Source: an uncultured Candidatus Saccharibacteria bacterium (GTDB taxonomy: Bacteria > Patescibacteriota > Dojkabacteria > J137). From it: a stretch of 64,000 nucleotides of DNA. The position numbers and the translations under genes are program-made. A model generated the notes under the pieces. That model was not told the origin of the DNA. It ran no database searches and worked only from the letters and a program-made list of their open reading frames with translations. Shown piece after piece: positions 9,984 to 20,619 of this stretch (position 1 is the first letter of the stretch; each line of letters begins with the position of its first letter). The stretch spans positions 224,585 to 288,584 of the forward strand of contig CAZSKK010000002.1 in assembly GCA_964607415.1 (NCBI GenBank), written 5' to 3'.

Positions 9984-10624
9984 TTTAAATTTAATTCTTT
10001 TAATAAATTATTTGAAACCTCCTGGATAGAAAAAGAGGCATCCAATTTTAGCAATTTATTCTGTTTTTTGTACTTTTCTAAAATATTTTCGTTATTCTTT
10101 TTAAATTCCTCTAATCGCTTTAAAATTGCCTCAGGCTTGTCATCCTCACGTTGAATCAATTTTGTACCGCACTTATCGCATACGCCTTCAACCTTAGATG
10201 GTTTAAATATAGTATGATAGTTCTGGTTATCCTTAGGACAAATCCATCTGTTGGATAGTCTTTTGATAGCCTCATCTGGACTTAATTCAAAGTACACAAC
10301 TTTTTCCAAAACTTTTCCAGAAGATGATAAAGTGCTGTCTAAAAGCTCCACCTGTTCAGGAGTTCTTACAACTCCAGTAAAAATTACTTTATCAGTGTTA
10401 ATATTTTTAACTTTATTTCCAAGAATTTCATACACAATTTCATCCGGAACCCATCTTCCTTGATTGACATACTTTTCTGCTTCTATGCCTAATGGTGTTT
10501 TATTCGCCATTTCTGCACGGAGTAAATCCCCTGTAGAAACTATCTGATATCCAAAGTCTCGAGCTAAAACATCTGCCTGCGTATCCTTTCCGCTTCCAGA
10601 AGGCCCTATGAATAATAAGCTCAT
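9980..10624 (-). CDS. adk: Adenylate kinase with zinc-lid
   Basis: GPSGSGKDTQ, STGDLLR, CPxD...CDKCG, QREDD. Confidence 0.92.
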   Translation of the reverse strand: MSLLFIGPSGSGKDTQADVLARDFGYQIVSTGDLLRAEMANKTPLGIEAEKYVNQGRWVPDEIVYEILGNKVKNINTDKVIFTGVVRTPEQVELLDSTLSSSGKVLEKVVYFELSPDEAIKRLSNRWICPKDNQNYHTIFKPSKVEGVCDKCGTKLIQREDDKPEAILKRLEEFKKNNENILEKYKKQNKLLKLDASFSIQEVSNNLLKELNLK

Positions 10625-10628
10625 ACAA

Positions 10629-11354
10629 TTAGTAGATAATAAATAACCCAGTAAGTATTAAAAAAAAGAATGCTAAGCCAAATAAAAGAACCGCTATGTA
10701 ATAAGCACTATTATCAATAAAATCATCAAATTTATTTCTGTATGTTCCTATTGAATGTTTAAAAATCAAGCCCAAAACCAACCCCGACAAAAAACCTCCA
10801 AGGTGTGCCCAATTGTTTATACCAGAACCAGGAAAAAGCCCAACAGAAAAAGCCAAAATAACCGCAGGAAATATATCCCAGAATGTAAACGGTAAATCAA
10901 AACCAAATCTCTGTTTTCTGATTGTACCTCCAATCAGCAAACCAGCAAAAGCGAAAATTGATCCCGATGCTCCAAGGCTAAACACTGAGTTGTCTCCAAT
11001 TGTATAAATCAAGATTGTTATTATAGATGCTCCAACCCCTCCTAAAATGTAAGTTGCAAATAATTTTCTGCCTCCATAAAACACTTCTACTATCTGTCCC
11101 AATCTATAAAGTGAATACATATTCAAAAGAAAATGTAATATATCTATATGAAAAAAATTTGCAGTTATTATTGAATAAAAATTTGAAAGCTCTCCCCTAG
11201 AAACTACTATACCCCCAAAAAGTGAAAAATCCGTTTGAGTAAAATAACGAAGATCAAAAAATACCTGTGCAAATATTGCCAGAACAAAAATTAAAAAGTT
11301 CCAGAATAGTAAAAAATTTAGAGCACTAAGTTGTATCTTAATATCTACCTTCAT
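10629..11354 (-). CDS. Rhomboid intramembrane serine protease
   Basis: FFHIDILHFLLNM, GASG, AHLGG. Confidence 0.93.
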   Translation of the reverse strand: MKVDIKIQLSALNFLLFWNFLIFVLAIFAQVFFDLRYFTQTDFSLFGGIVVSRGELSNFYSIITANFFHIDILHFLLNMYSLYRLGQIVEVFYGGRKLFATYILGGVGASIITILIYTIGDNSVFSLGASGSIFAFAGLLIGGTIRKQRFGFDLPFTFWDIFPAVILAFSVGLFPGSGINNWAHLGGFLSGLVLGLIFKHSIGTYRNKFDDFIDNSAYYIAVLLFGLAFFFLILTGLFIIY

Positions 11355-11409
11355 GAAAAATCACTAATGATACTAATGATTATACAATATTGATAAGGGA
11401 AGAAGAACA

Positions 11410-12189
11410 CTATTCTGTTCTTAGCATCTCTGCGACCTCATTAGATCTAGTGTGAAGAAGATTATACAAAGGCATTGCCTCTTGACAGAAATTTTTGCAA
11501 CTAAACCTATCATCAGACAAAACCTCTTGAACATTATGAAGCTTTGGCGAACTTAAACTTTTGTATTTAGGGTTAGGTACAATTTCAATTCTAGCGTTTT
11601 TAGAGATTATGTAGTAAGCCAACCCTCTTTCTTTTTTTAATATAGAATAATCTATTTCTTTATTATTTTTTCCAGAAACTTTACTAAAAACAACGGGATA
11701 TGCTTCTGTATTTATAAAAGTGTAAAGATATCCAGTTGGCACAGCAAACTTCTGCCCCTGTACTAAATCTATAAGTTCCATCTCTTCTACAGTTTTTTCA
11801 AATTCATATGGATCATCATTTTTTAAATTCTTCTGAAGAACTATTGTTAACTTTCCTGTTAAAACTTCGACTAAACAATCAAACTTATTTTCAACGTACT
11901 CACTGTGATAAACGTGGGTCCTAATGTACTCTATTCCCAAAAGCCCGTAAGGAATCGTAATAATATCATAGGTTAACTTATCAAACGCACCGTTCCCGTT
12001 TGTAATGTCTTTGTGATGGCTATAAACAAGTTCAGGATATTTTAAAAACTTATTTAAAAGTATTGGAACCATTTCTGAAAGAGGTACTTTTGTGGTATTT
12101 CCACAATTAAGACAATCATCGAAGTAAATTGCTACTTTCTCAGCATCGAATTTTATAGGAAGACCACTTACTCCTGATAAATCTATCAT
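11410..12189 (-). CDS. Cupin-type (archaeal-like) glucose-6-phosphate isomerase homologue, degenerate
   Basis: YDIITIPYGLLGIEYIRT, EVLTGK, VPTGYLYTFIN, GLAYY, PNPKY. Confidence 0.7.
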   Translation of the reverse strand: MIDLSGVSGLPIKFDAEKVAIYFDDCLNCGNTTKVPLSEMVPILLNKFLKYPELVYSHHKDITNGNGAFDKLTYDIITIPYGLLGIEYIRTHVYHSEYVENKFDCLVEVLTGKLTIVLQKNLKNDDPYEFEKTVEEMELIDLVQGQKFAVPTGYLYTFINTEAYPVVFSKVSGKNNKEIDYSILKKERGLAYYIISKNARIEIVPNPKYKSLSSPKLHNVQEVLSDDRFSCKNFCQEAMPLYNLLHTRSNEVAEMLRTE

Positions 12190-12417
12190 ATTAATTTACT
12201 TAACGATATTTTAAGCTTCAAGAAGCTATAAATTTTTTGGCAGTAATACTTTCGAGTGCAACAAAATTGAAGTTGAGTTCATTATAGTAGATCTGTTTCA
12301 CGGTGTCAAACAAAATGAGTGATAGTGTTTACTGTATTAGATATAGAGTTGTCTTTCTATTCCTTTTTTACATTTCTCGAGTCTTAAAAAATACCTTTAA
12401 AGAGACGCTTTAAAACT

Positions 12418-13515
12418 TTAATCAGTTTTTAACTTCTCCCATATTTTCTTTTCTTCTCGTGAAAGTTTTTCTGGAATTTTTACTATAAGTCTAACGTATT
12501 GATCCCCATTTCCATTACCCCTGAACCTTGGGCCACCTTTGCCTTTAAGTCTTAGTACTTTTTCAGGTTGGGTTCCTGCAGGTATTTTCATTCTTAAGCT
12601 CCCATGAACCGATGGAATCTCTACCTCTCCGCCCAAAACTGCAGTAACAACATCAATTTCCTTATCCATATAGATATCATTTCCCTTTCTTTCCAAAATC
12701 GGGTGTGAAACTACTTCAATCGTTACAAACAAATCGCCATATGCTCCTCCATTTCTACCTGCATTGCCTTTATCTTTAAATCTCAGAGTAACACCATCTG
12801 GTATTCCAGCAGGTATTTTTATAGCAAAGTCTTCTTGCTGTCTTACAGTTCCCTTTCCTTCACAACTATCACACTTTTCTGCAATTTCCTGGCCAGCACC
12901 TTTACAGTTAGTGCAAGTAGTTGCAACTTGCATTGTTCCAAATATCGTTCTTTGCAAAGTTACTGTTTGCCCTGTACCGTTACAAACTGAACATGTTTTT
13001 AATTTACCCTCTTTAGCTCCAGTACCAGAACATTTATCACAAATTACTTCTCTTGAATAACTAATAGTCTTTTCGACTCCAAAAACTGCTTCCAAAAATT
13101 CTACTTTTAAAGTTACTTCTAAATCTGCGCCCACTTTATTTCGAGCTGCTCTTGAAGATGCGCCAAATCCACCAAAACCATTACCAAAAAAACCTCCCAA
13201 AAGATCCTCAAGCCCGCCCAAATTTCCACCAAATCCTTGCCCAAAATCTTCAAAACCACCCATTCCCCCTGAATATCCCCCTCCTCCAAACGCTTGAGTT
13301 CCTGCAAAGCCATATTGATCATATGCCGACCTTTTTTGGTCATCTGCCAAGATCTCATATGCTTCTTGTAGTTCTTTAAATTTATCCTCAGCATCTGCTG
13401 CTTTGTTTCGATCTGGGTGCAGTTCTTTTGCTAGTTTTCTATATGCTTTTTTTATTTCATCTTTCGAAGCACTTTTTGAAATACCAAGTACTTCATAGTA
13501 GTCACGTTTTGACAT
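12418..13515 (-). CDS. dnaJ: Chaperone DnaJ
   Basis: J-domain HPD, G/F-rich region, four CxxCxGxG repeats. Confidence 0.98.
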   Translation of the reverse strand: MSKRDYYEVLGISKSASKDEIKKAYRKLAKELHPDRNKAADAEDKFKELQEAYEILADDQKRSAYDQYGFAGTQAFGGGGYSGGMGGFEDFGQGFGGNLGGLEDLLGGFFGNGFGGFGASSRAARNKVGADLEVTLKVEFLEAVFGVEKTISYSREVICDKCSGTGAKEGKLKTCSVCNGTGQTVTLQRTIFGTMQVATTCTNCKGAGQEIAEKCDSCEGKGTVRQQEDFAIKIPAGIPDGVTLRFKDKGNAGRNGGAYGDLFVTIEVVSHPILERKGNDIYMDKEIDVVTAVLGGEVEIPSVHGSLRMKIPAGTQPEKVLRLKGKGGPRFRGNGNGDQYVRLIVKIPEKLSREEKKIWEKLKTD

Positions 13516-13616
13516 AAATGTTGTAAATTTGTAAAGTCTTTAAGTTTTTAACGTTATAACATTGTAACTTTACAACGTTAAGATATTCTCTTAGCGAAGA
13601 CACGAGCATTATATCA

Positions 13617-13643
13617 TTAGCAACGTTACTCGTTAAGTGCCAA
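13617..13643. promoter_or_regulatory. CIRCE-like (HrcA) operator directly upstream of the dnaJ extended -10
   Basis: TTAGCAACG-N9-AAGTGCCAA versus consensus TTAGCACTC-N9-GAGTGCTAA; abuts TGATATAAT on the minus strand. Confidence 0.7.
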
Positions 13644-13843
13644 TAAAGTGTTAGCGCGTTTCGCTTTTATAGGTTATTATTAAATCAATTTGTTCACAGT
13701 TAATTAGAAAGCTCATTAATTAACCTTAATCAACCTTTTACAAGCTAACTCTATTAGTTTATGACTAATCTCTGACTTCTGCTTTCCAATTTCTTGTTTG
13801 TTTCAAATTTAGGATTTAGAATTTTGCATGTTAATATATTCTA

Positions 13844-14974
13844 ATGAAGAACTTTAGAAACATATTTTCTTGTTTTTTTGGTTTTGTAATGATTATTGCA
13901 GGATTTATTCTTGTTATATATTTTTTTGTAAAAGAAGAACCAGAGATTCAATCAAAACAAATCGAAGCCTTCGAAATAAAAAGTCTAATTCCATCAACTA
14001 TAACCTTATTCGAAAATCAAATAAGCTTATCTCCTGATTCAAAATATTACACTTTTTTAACAGCAGATGGACTAAGTTTAAAAAATTCTAAAATTTGGCT
14101 TATTAACTCTACAGGAAAAGAGCTCCAACCAATCGCTTTTGGTGAAGAATATAAAAACCTTACTTCACCTTCGTGGGACCCAACCAGTACAAAGATCGCG
14201 TTTTTAAAAGTTTTTCCTTTTGAACTTTATATTCACGATATTAAATCAAAACAAACCAAGTTAATCTATGATGAGAACGATCATAAAGAAGATAATGTTT
14301 TAAATCCGAGCCTTGGCTACGGCAACAAAGCATACCTACTTTGGCTAAATAATAATGAGATTGAATTTGAAAATAATAAACCAATTGAAACTGAATACTA
14401 CTCTATCAATATTGAAACTAAAGAAATAAAAAAAACAAGTAGAAAGAAAGATGTCAAAGTTGAAACCAAAAGAACTGATATTAACAAATTCTTCTTTAGC
14501 CAAAGAGATATAGCATGGAGAGAAGCACAACTTGGAGGATGTGAGAACGAAACTTTTGAATCTGCTGGCTGTACCGTTAGTGCTGCTAGCATGCTACTTG
14601 CGTACTACAATTACGATACTAATCCCGTTGATTTAAATAGCTTTCTTACTAAAAATGAAGAGCAAGGTTACTTTGAAGGGTGTTTAGTGCGTTGGAACAT
14701 TTTACCTAATTACTCCGAAGGGCTAACGCTTAAAGGAGTTTATTTTAACGAATTTAATATTGAACGATTGGATTATGAGATATCAAAAGGAAATCCTGTT
14801 TTAATTGGATATAACTACGTTTCTTTTACTGGAATACCTCATTGGATTATGATTGTTTCTAAACAAAATGGACAGTATATGGCACTAGATCCATGGGATA
14901 CATACCCCCGCCTAGTTGCTTATACAAAATACGGCGACAAGTTTGACCATATGATAGTTTACGAAATGGAATAA
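13844..14974 (+). CDS. Membrane-anchored TolB/PD40-like repeat + C39-like peptidase protein
   Basis: N-terminal TM, SPDSK and PSWDP repeats, FSQRD..W, GCTVSAASM, HW, DPW. Confidence 0.75.
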   Translation: MKNFRNIFSCFFGFVMIIAGFILVIYFFVKEEPEIQSKQIEAFEIKSLIPSTITLFENQISLSPDSKYYTFLTADGLSLKNSKIWLINSTGKELQPIAFGEEYKNLTSPSWDPTSTKIAFLKVFPFELYIHDIKSKQTKLIYDENDHKEDNVLNPSLGYGNKAYLLWLNNNEIEFENNKPIETEYYSINIETKEIKKTSRKKDVKVETKRTDINKFFFSQRDIAWREAQLGGCENETFESAGCTVSAASMLLAYYNYDTNPVDLNSFLTKNEEQGYFEGCLVRWNILPNYSEGLTLKGVYFNEFNIERLDYEISKGNPVLIGYNYVSFTGIPHWIMIVSKQNGQYMALDPWDTYPRLVAYTKYGDKFDHMIVYEME

Positions 14975-15007
14975 GGAAGGTATAATTCTGTGTTTAAATT
15001 TGGATTT

Positions 15008-16234
15008 ATGGATAATGTTTACATGCCTAAAGAAGTTGATGAAAATTCAATTACACCTATTCTCATACCTTCTGCGACTCAAATAGTAGACAATGTTTGC
15101 TCGTTCGGCTGGTCTAATAATCCTGATAATTTGATGCAATCAATAATTAACCTCTCTGCCCTGCTAATCTCTTATGATACTGTAGCTCTAAAAGGCTCCG
15201 ATTTTGACAAAGCTGAAGCAACAGTAACAGAAATATTAAGTAGATTAGGATATAGTGTTGTTAAGCACGATCCTATTTTTTCTAAAACTTCTAACTTTGG
15301 TCGCGTATTACATTTGTGCCCCCCTCACGATCCATATGAAAATCGAGAAAAACCCATAGAACTTGCCGTTCATTTTCATTTGGACACAGTAGGTTTTGGT
15401 GGTAAATATGCAAGAAATATTCCCTACATAGATAAAAATAATAATATTCTTGGAAGAGGATCAACTGATGTTAAATGCTTAACTGCAGCTGCACTACATA
15501 GCTTGGTAGAAATTTATCAATACTGCCCCGATAAATTGCCTCACGTTGTTGTAACTCTTGATGAAGAAGCTGGCAATCTTTATTCAGGCGAAACCTTAAG
15601 GTGGCATCTGAAAAATTTAAAAAATATTATCGATATAGAACCATCCTCCAATATTCATGGAGCAGTTTTAAGAGAAATTGCAAGAACGCATACGTTAATG
15701 ATAGAGTTTGATCCTTTGCAAAATGAATCTATTCAAGAAGCTATTCTTAACTTAATACCCGAATTCACCTACAGGCACTTAACTTTGCGTCAAAATCAGT
15801 TAACGCTTGTTTTTGACTACTCTTCTTATACAAGTCTACTAAATTGCAGTTTTGTTCAAAAGTTCAACATATTACGCGAAAAATATGGGTTTGAGGTTAC
15901 TGAATGGGATAATAAGCCGTATGCGGTAAAAGAAAGCAACCTGTTCAAAATAATAAAAGAAGAATTAAGTACAACGATAATTCCTCAACTAAGACCTGCA
16001 ACAAATCATATGTTAACAGTAGCAACAGATGTAAATGGGTCTACCTATATACCCTCCGGGAACTTCAACACTGCCGCTATTATAAACTTTCCTGAAAAAA
16101 CAAATGTTGTTGTTTTAGGATCGGGTGAAATGGCAGAATGTAGGCATGCAATTAGTTCAGAGGCAGCATCTGCTCAAGAGATCTATGATTTCAAAAGTGT
16201 TTTCACAAGATCCCTAACAAAATTCGAGCCTTAA
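15008..16234 (+). CDS. Divergent M20 family metallopeptidase (ArgE/DapE-like)
   Basis: HLDTV, GRGSTDVK, DEEAG, IEP, C-terminal H..E; ATG 15008 chosen after TATAAT. Confidence 0.75.
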   Translation: MDNVYMPKEVDENSITPILIPSATQIVDNVCSFGWSNNPDNLMQSIINLSALLISYDTVALKGSDFDKAEATVTEILSRLGYSVVKHDPIFSKTSNFGRVLHLCPPHDPYENREKPIELAVHFHLDTVGFGGKYARNIPYIDKNNNILGRGSTDVKCLTAAALHSLVEIYQYCPDKLPHVVVTLDEEAGNLYSGETLRWHLKNLKNIIDIEPSSNIHGAVLREIARTHTLMIEFDPLQNESIQEAILNLIPEFTYRHLTLRQNQLTLVFDYSSYTSLLNCSFVQKFNILREKYGFEVTEWDNKPYAVKESNLFKIIKEELSTTIIPQLRPATNHMLTVATDVNGSTYIPSGNFNTAAIINFPEKTNVVVLGSGEMAECRHAISSEAASAQEIYDFKSVFTRSLTKFEP

Positions 16235-16358
16235 ACCTTTCTATAAATACCCCAGTCATTTTTTACTTTTTCTAAGTTATAAAGGATAAGCAAAGGCTCA
16301 ACCACCATATTGAATTCGATGCCAAATTTTGGTAACATTATCTAGTTATTTGTTTTGT

Positions 16359-16838
16359 ATGGCTGACAACTTATATGATCCTAACAAACCTACTGTGCTA
16401 ATCGTTGAAGATTCAGGGGCTGAAAGGTCTTCAATGTTTTTGAGAATCAAGACCTTAAAAGACATTGGTAAAATCGATGTGGGAAATGTTTTTGCACCAA
16501 TAAGCTTTAGCGAATTGGAATCAACAATACAAACTGTAAAAGAAAATAATCCTTCACAAATAATACTTTTATTGGATCACGATCTTGGAGGATATGGTTG
16601 CGAGTTTTGCAACGGAAGAACAATAGGAGAAAATTTGGCCAATTATTTTGAAGAAGTCCCTGTTTTCAAAATAGGTATTTCTGATGACCCGAATAATCAG
16701 ATGCATGAAGACCGTTACGTACACTACTACCTGGGCAAAAGTTTCACAACTAAAGGCTTGGAGCCAGCTTTGAAAGAAGCAAACACATTTTTTGAAAATT
16801 TTGGCTCTGAATCAAATGAATTAAATAGTCCTAAATAG
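16359..16838 (+). CDS. Stand-alone divergent response-regulator receiver domain
   Basis: VLIVEDS, LLDHDL...NG, GIS, GK. Confidence 0.65.
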   Translation: MADNLYDPNKPTVLIVEDSGAERSSMFLRIKTLKDIGKIDVGNVFAPISFSELESTIQTVKENNPSQIILLLDHDLGGYGCEFCNGRTIGENLANYFEEVPVFKIGISDDPNNQMHEDRYVHYYLGKSFTTKGLEPALKEANTFFENFGSESNELNSPK

Positions 16839-17651
16839 CTATCCTTTCCTAACAACCACAAAGTGGCTTATTCCAAACCAATGAAATGGAGTTCTTTCTA
16901 ACGTAAAGAAGATTTTCTGCAATAGTTTTCCAATAAAACCAAACCTTCGCACTGCTCCATCAAAACCAGGAAAAATGTGTGAGTGGTAAACTAGTTTCCA
17001 GTCTCCAACTCCCTGCTTTGAGTTAATATTTCTTTTCTCGTTGTTGAAAAGTCTTTTTATCTCACCATTTGTATAATTTCTAACATGTGGGGCAAATTTT
17101 TTTTGAATTATTTTTGGTAGCCAAGGCAAAAATGGAATGTTCCCCCAATAGTATCTACCTCTAAAAAACATTCCATGAGTTTCAAATGGCCAACCGCTAT
17201 TAGGCGTAAAAACTATAAACACTCCTCCTGGTTTTAAAACCCTATATACTTCCTCCACTGCTTTTTTATCATCTACCACATGTTCCAAGACCTCGTTTGA
17301 AAAGACAATATCAAAAAAGTTATCAGAAAAATCCAAATTTTCGGCGTAACAGATCTTTACGTTCTTTTCGGGTATTTGTTTTTGGGAATTTTCTTCGTAA
17401 TTCTTAGTTCGTAATTCGAATTTCTTAATTGAATCTGGGTCAACATCAAAGCCGTAAACATTTCTAGGATCAGTAAATTTAGCAAATTCGTACATCCAAA
17501 CTCCTTCGCCACAACCTTGATCTAAGATTATTTTATCTTTTAAAACTACTTGTTCCAAAATTAAGTTCAATCTTCTTTGAAAGCCATTGGAAAAAGCAGT
17601 TCCAGGTTTTCCTAGGTGGGCAAATTTGGGGTCGGAAATAAATTTTTTCAT
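16839..17651 (-). CDS. Class I SAM-dependent methyltransferase
   Basis: LDQGCGEG, FDIVFSNEVLEHV, VLKPGG. Confidence 0.9.
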   Translation of the reverse strand: MKKFISDPKFAHLGKPGTAFSNGFQRRLNLILEQVVLKDKIILDQGCGEGVWMYEFAKFTDPRNVYGFDVDPDSIKKFELRTKNYEENSQKQIPEKNVKICYAENLDFSDNFFDIVFSNEVLEHVVDDKKAVEEVYRVLKPGGVFIVFTPNSGWPFETHGMFFRGRYYWGNIPFLPWLPKIIQKKFAPHVRNYTNGEIKRLFNNEKRNINSKQGVGDWKLVYHSHIFPGFDGAVRRFGFIGKLLQKIFFTLERTPFHWFGISHFVVVRKG

Positions 17652-17689
17652 GGTAAAAAAGTCGAATATGGAAATATTGAATATAAAAT

Positions 17690-18022
17690 TATACTTTTTT
17701 TGCTGTTTTATTAACTAACCCTTGTAATTAAATTGAAACTAAATCAATATTATCAGAAATTGTTGCCATTTGCTCATCGTTAATAAAATTTAGTTCCTTT
17801 GATTTCAAAAGCTGGCTCAAAAATTCTTGAAACGATCCTTTTCGCAATGTAGTAGAATCTAATTTCTCTATACGTTTTCCTGCCATAGCTGATCTTTTAA
17901 TTTGATCTATCAGGGAAAATATTTCTGTTTTAAGGATACGATTTTAGAAGTTTGTAGACTTGAAGAGTAAGCTCATAAATTAGCAAAGGAGTATTTTTAA
18001 TAGATTTGTGATTATATTCCAT
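17690..18022 (-). pseudogene. Four-helix-bundle (23S rRNA-IVP/TIGR02436-like) pseudogene flanked by inverted heptamer repeats
   Basis: Frameshifted segments YELTLQVYKLLKSYP / KTEIFSLIDQIKRSA / RFYYIAK-GSFQEFLSQL align with the intact gene at 43730; AATATNG arms at 18011-18040 and 17664-17688. Confidence 0.8.
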
Positions 18023-18109
18023 ATTCAATATTCTTATATTAATAAGTTAATGCTAGAATAATAGTGCAAATACGGCTAGAATGCATTGTATTGCATCAAA
18101 AAATTTAAT

Positions 18110-20383
18110 ATGGCACGACGCAAAAAAAAGCACATAACATACGACAGTAAAGAAACCTCTTCATTCTTGGGGCTAATATGCATTCTAGCAGGGTTATTCT
18201 TCTTTATTTCGATCTTTACAGTATCCGAAACAGAAAGTAATCTTTTTATGCGAACCAAAGATATTTTTGGACAATCTACAATTGTTACTGCTCTTTTCTT
18301 AACTAATTTAGGTCTCTACTTATTAGGTACAAGATTACCTTTTACAAAAAAATTAAGCTTAATAGGACAATTTGCATTAACTTTAATTATTCCAGCACTT
18401 TTAACAAGTTTTTCAACAACGCCAAGAGAACTTTCTAGATTGGCAGGTAACGATGTTTTAGGAGGCCATGTGGGTTACTACTTTGTGCAAACCATTTTTG
18501 GAGATAAGTTCCCAACAGAGCCTGCAACTAAGTTTATTCTTCTTCTAGCCACTTTAATAATGATTCCTATTGCATTTTCAATGTCTGTTAGCGAAATTGT
18601 CAGTAAGTTGGAAGTAATTTTTAAGTGGCTGGGCAATACCATCAAAGTAATTTTGATTGAAAGAAATGAAGAAAATCCTGAAAAATCTAAAAAACAAAAA
18701 TTACAAGAAGAAGAAGTAAAAGCATCAACATTTGGCGATTTTAATAAACTTCTTGTAAATAAAAAACTTGAACAACAGCTGAAGAACGATCAGTCTAAGG
18801 TTGAACTGACATCTCATAAAACACTTGATATTCAAAAGCCGGTTGATAAATTACCTAAAAAAGATATTGATATTACTGATGTAGAAATCAAAGAAGCAGA
18901 AATAGGTGATGAAGGCTTAAAATCTGATGAACTTAAGTTTCCAGCATGGAAACTACCTCCGTTAAGTTTGCTTTTACCTTACAAAAAAGAGAAACCTAAC
19001 GAACCATCTATACAACAAAATGCAAGGATAATTGAACAGATCTTACAAAGTTTTGACATTGAAGCCAAGGTCGAAGATGCATTTATTGGACCCTCTGTTG
19101 TGCAGTACGCTCTTAACATTCCTTTAGGAATTAATGTTAAAAAAATTAGTAATTTAAACGAAAATATAGCTCTTGCTTTAGGAGTAGATTCCAAAGCAGT
19201 AAGAATTGAATCTATTCCCGAAACTACATATTTAGGTATTGAAATTCCAAGAAGCAAAAGGGATCTTGTTAGATTCAAAGAGCTTATGGATTCTGAGTCC
19301 ATGGAAGGATCTAAATATCAATTACCAGTTCCTATAGGAAAAGACATTAATGGAGAGCCAATAATTGGTGCAATTGAAAAAATGCCTCATCTTTTAATTG
19401 CTGGGGCAACTGGATCGGGTAAGTCTGTTGTTACAAACTCATTTATCTCATCTCTTTTAATGAAGAAAACTCCAGACGAATTAAGACTAATTCTTGTTGA
19501 TCCAAAACAAGTTGAATTCTCTGACTATAATGGGATTCCAAACTTATTGGCGCCTGTTATTACTGATATGAACCTTGTTCCAACAGCACTTGAATGGGCA
19601 GTGGGAGAAATGGAAAAACGCTATAGTATTTTAGCAGGAGAACAAGTTCGAAATATTGAAGGATATAATGCTAAAAAAGGCTTTGCAAGTATGCCTTATA
19701 TTGTAATAGTAATCGATGAAATGGCAGATATGATGTTATCTGGAGAACGTGCAAAGATTGAAATGGCGATTGTAAGATTAGCCCAAAAAGCTAGAGCTGT
19801 GGGAATTCACTTAATTCTTGCGACACAGAGACCTTCAGTAAATGTTATTACAGGTATCATTAAAGCAAATATTCCAGGTCGAATTGGAATGAGCGTTACA
19901 AGTAGTACAGACTCGAGAGTTATTTTAGATAGAATTGGTGCAGAGAGTTTGATGGGACATGGAGATTTATTATTCAAAGCACCAGATAAGACTAAATCTG
20001 CAAGGCTTCAAGGATCGTTTATAGATCAAGAAGAAGTCATAAGAATTGTTGAATTTATAAAATCACAATCACCTGAAGTTGAATACCTTGATTTTGAAAA
20101 AATTAAAAGCAAACATGCAGTTGGATCAGATGATATGTCTACAATTTCAGGAATATCTGAAAGTAATATGTTAGAGCAGGCAATTAGAATAATTGTTCAA
20201 AGCAAAAAAGGATCTGCTTCATATTTGCAAAGAAGATTAAACATCGGGTTTAATAGAGCGGCAAGACTTTTGGAAGAACTGGAAGAATTGGGTGTAGTAG
20301 GACCTGCAAATGGAAGCAAACCTCGAGAGGTTTTGATTTTTGATGCAGATGAATTTCTTGCAAATATGAGAGGAGGAATCTAA
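18110..20383 (+). CDS. ftsK: DNA translocase FtsK/SpoIIIE
   Basis: N-terminal TMs, AGATGSGKS, IDEMAD, LATQRPS, gamma domain LQRRLNIGFNRAAR. Confidence 0.96.
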   Translation: MARRKKKHITYDSKETSSFLGLICILAGLFFFISIFTVSETESNLFMRTKDIFGQSTIVTALFLTNLGLYLLGTRLPFTKKLSLIGQFALTLIIPALLTSFSTTPRELSRLAGNDVLGGHVGYYFVQTIFGDKFPTEPATKFILLLATLIMIPIAFSMSVSEIVSKLEVIFKWLGNTIKVILIERNEENPEKSKKQKLQEEEVKASTFGDFNKLLVNKKLEQQLKNDQSKVELTSHKTLDIQKPVDKLPKKDIDITDVEIKEAEIGDEGLKSDELKFPAWKLPPLSLLLPYKKEKPNEPSIQQNARIIEQILQSFDIEAKVEDAFIGPSVVQYALNIPLGINVKKISNLNENIALALGVDSKAVRIESIPETTYLGIEIPRSKRDLVRFKELMDSESMEGSKYQLPVPIGKDINGEPIIGAIEKMPHLLIAGATGSGKSVVTNSFISSLLMKKTPDELRLILVDPKQVEFSDYNGIPNLLAPVITDMNLVPTALEWAVGEMEKRYSILAGEQVRNIEGYNAKKGFASMPYIVIVIDEMADMMLSGERAKIEMAIVRLAQKARAVGIHLILATQRPSVNVITGIIKANIPGRIGMSVTSSTDSRVILDRIGAESLMGHGDLLFKAPDKTKSARLQGSFIDQEEVIRIVEFIKSQSPEVEYLDFEKIKSKHAVGSDDMSTISGISESNMLEQAIRIIVQSKKGSASYLQRRLNIGFNRAARLLEELEELGVVGPANGSKPREVLIFDADEFLANMRGGI

Positions 20384-20435
20384 TTTTCAATTTTATAAAG
20401 ATCAATTTACACTATAATTTATCAGTAAATTCTTT

Positions 20436-20585
20436 ATGCTTACAAACCACATAATCTACATAGTTCTAACCTTCATAATTGGCCTTTTAACTGGCTGGTC
20501 CTCAGTAGGGTTTTATAAGAAAGCAAAAAAAACCTTGAAGTTGTTACGTGTAAACAAAAATAACCCTGAACTAGAAAACCTTTAA
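20436..20585 (+). CDS. Small single-pass membrane protein (49 aa, not in ORF track)
   Basis: MLTNHIIYIVLTFIIGLLTGW...KKAKK; TATAAT at 20413. Confidence 0.5.
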   Translation: MLTNHIIYIVLTFIIGLLTGWSSVGFYKKAKKTLKLLRVNKNNPELENL

Positions 20586-20619
20586 TATAGATAAATCTAG
20601 TGAAATAAGGAATTGTCAT

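Noticed and set aside
12237-12262. Second CIRCE-like site (ttggcagta-N8-gagtgcaac)
   Set aside because: Spacer is 8 rather than 9 nt, several mismatches, and the downstream gene is not a chaperone
16232-16310. Possible gene 3' remnant on the minus strand (MVVEPLLILYNLEKVKNDWGIYRKV*)
   Set aside because: Too short, with no recognisable family
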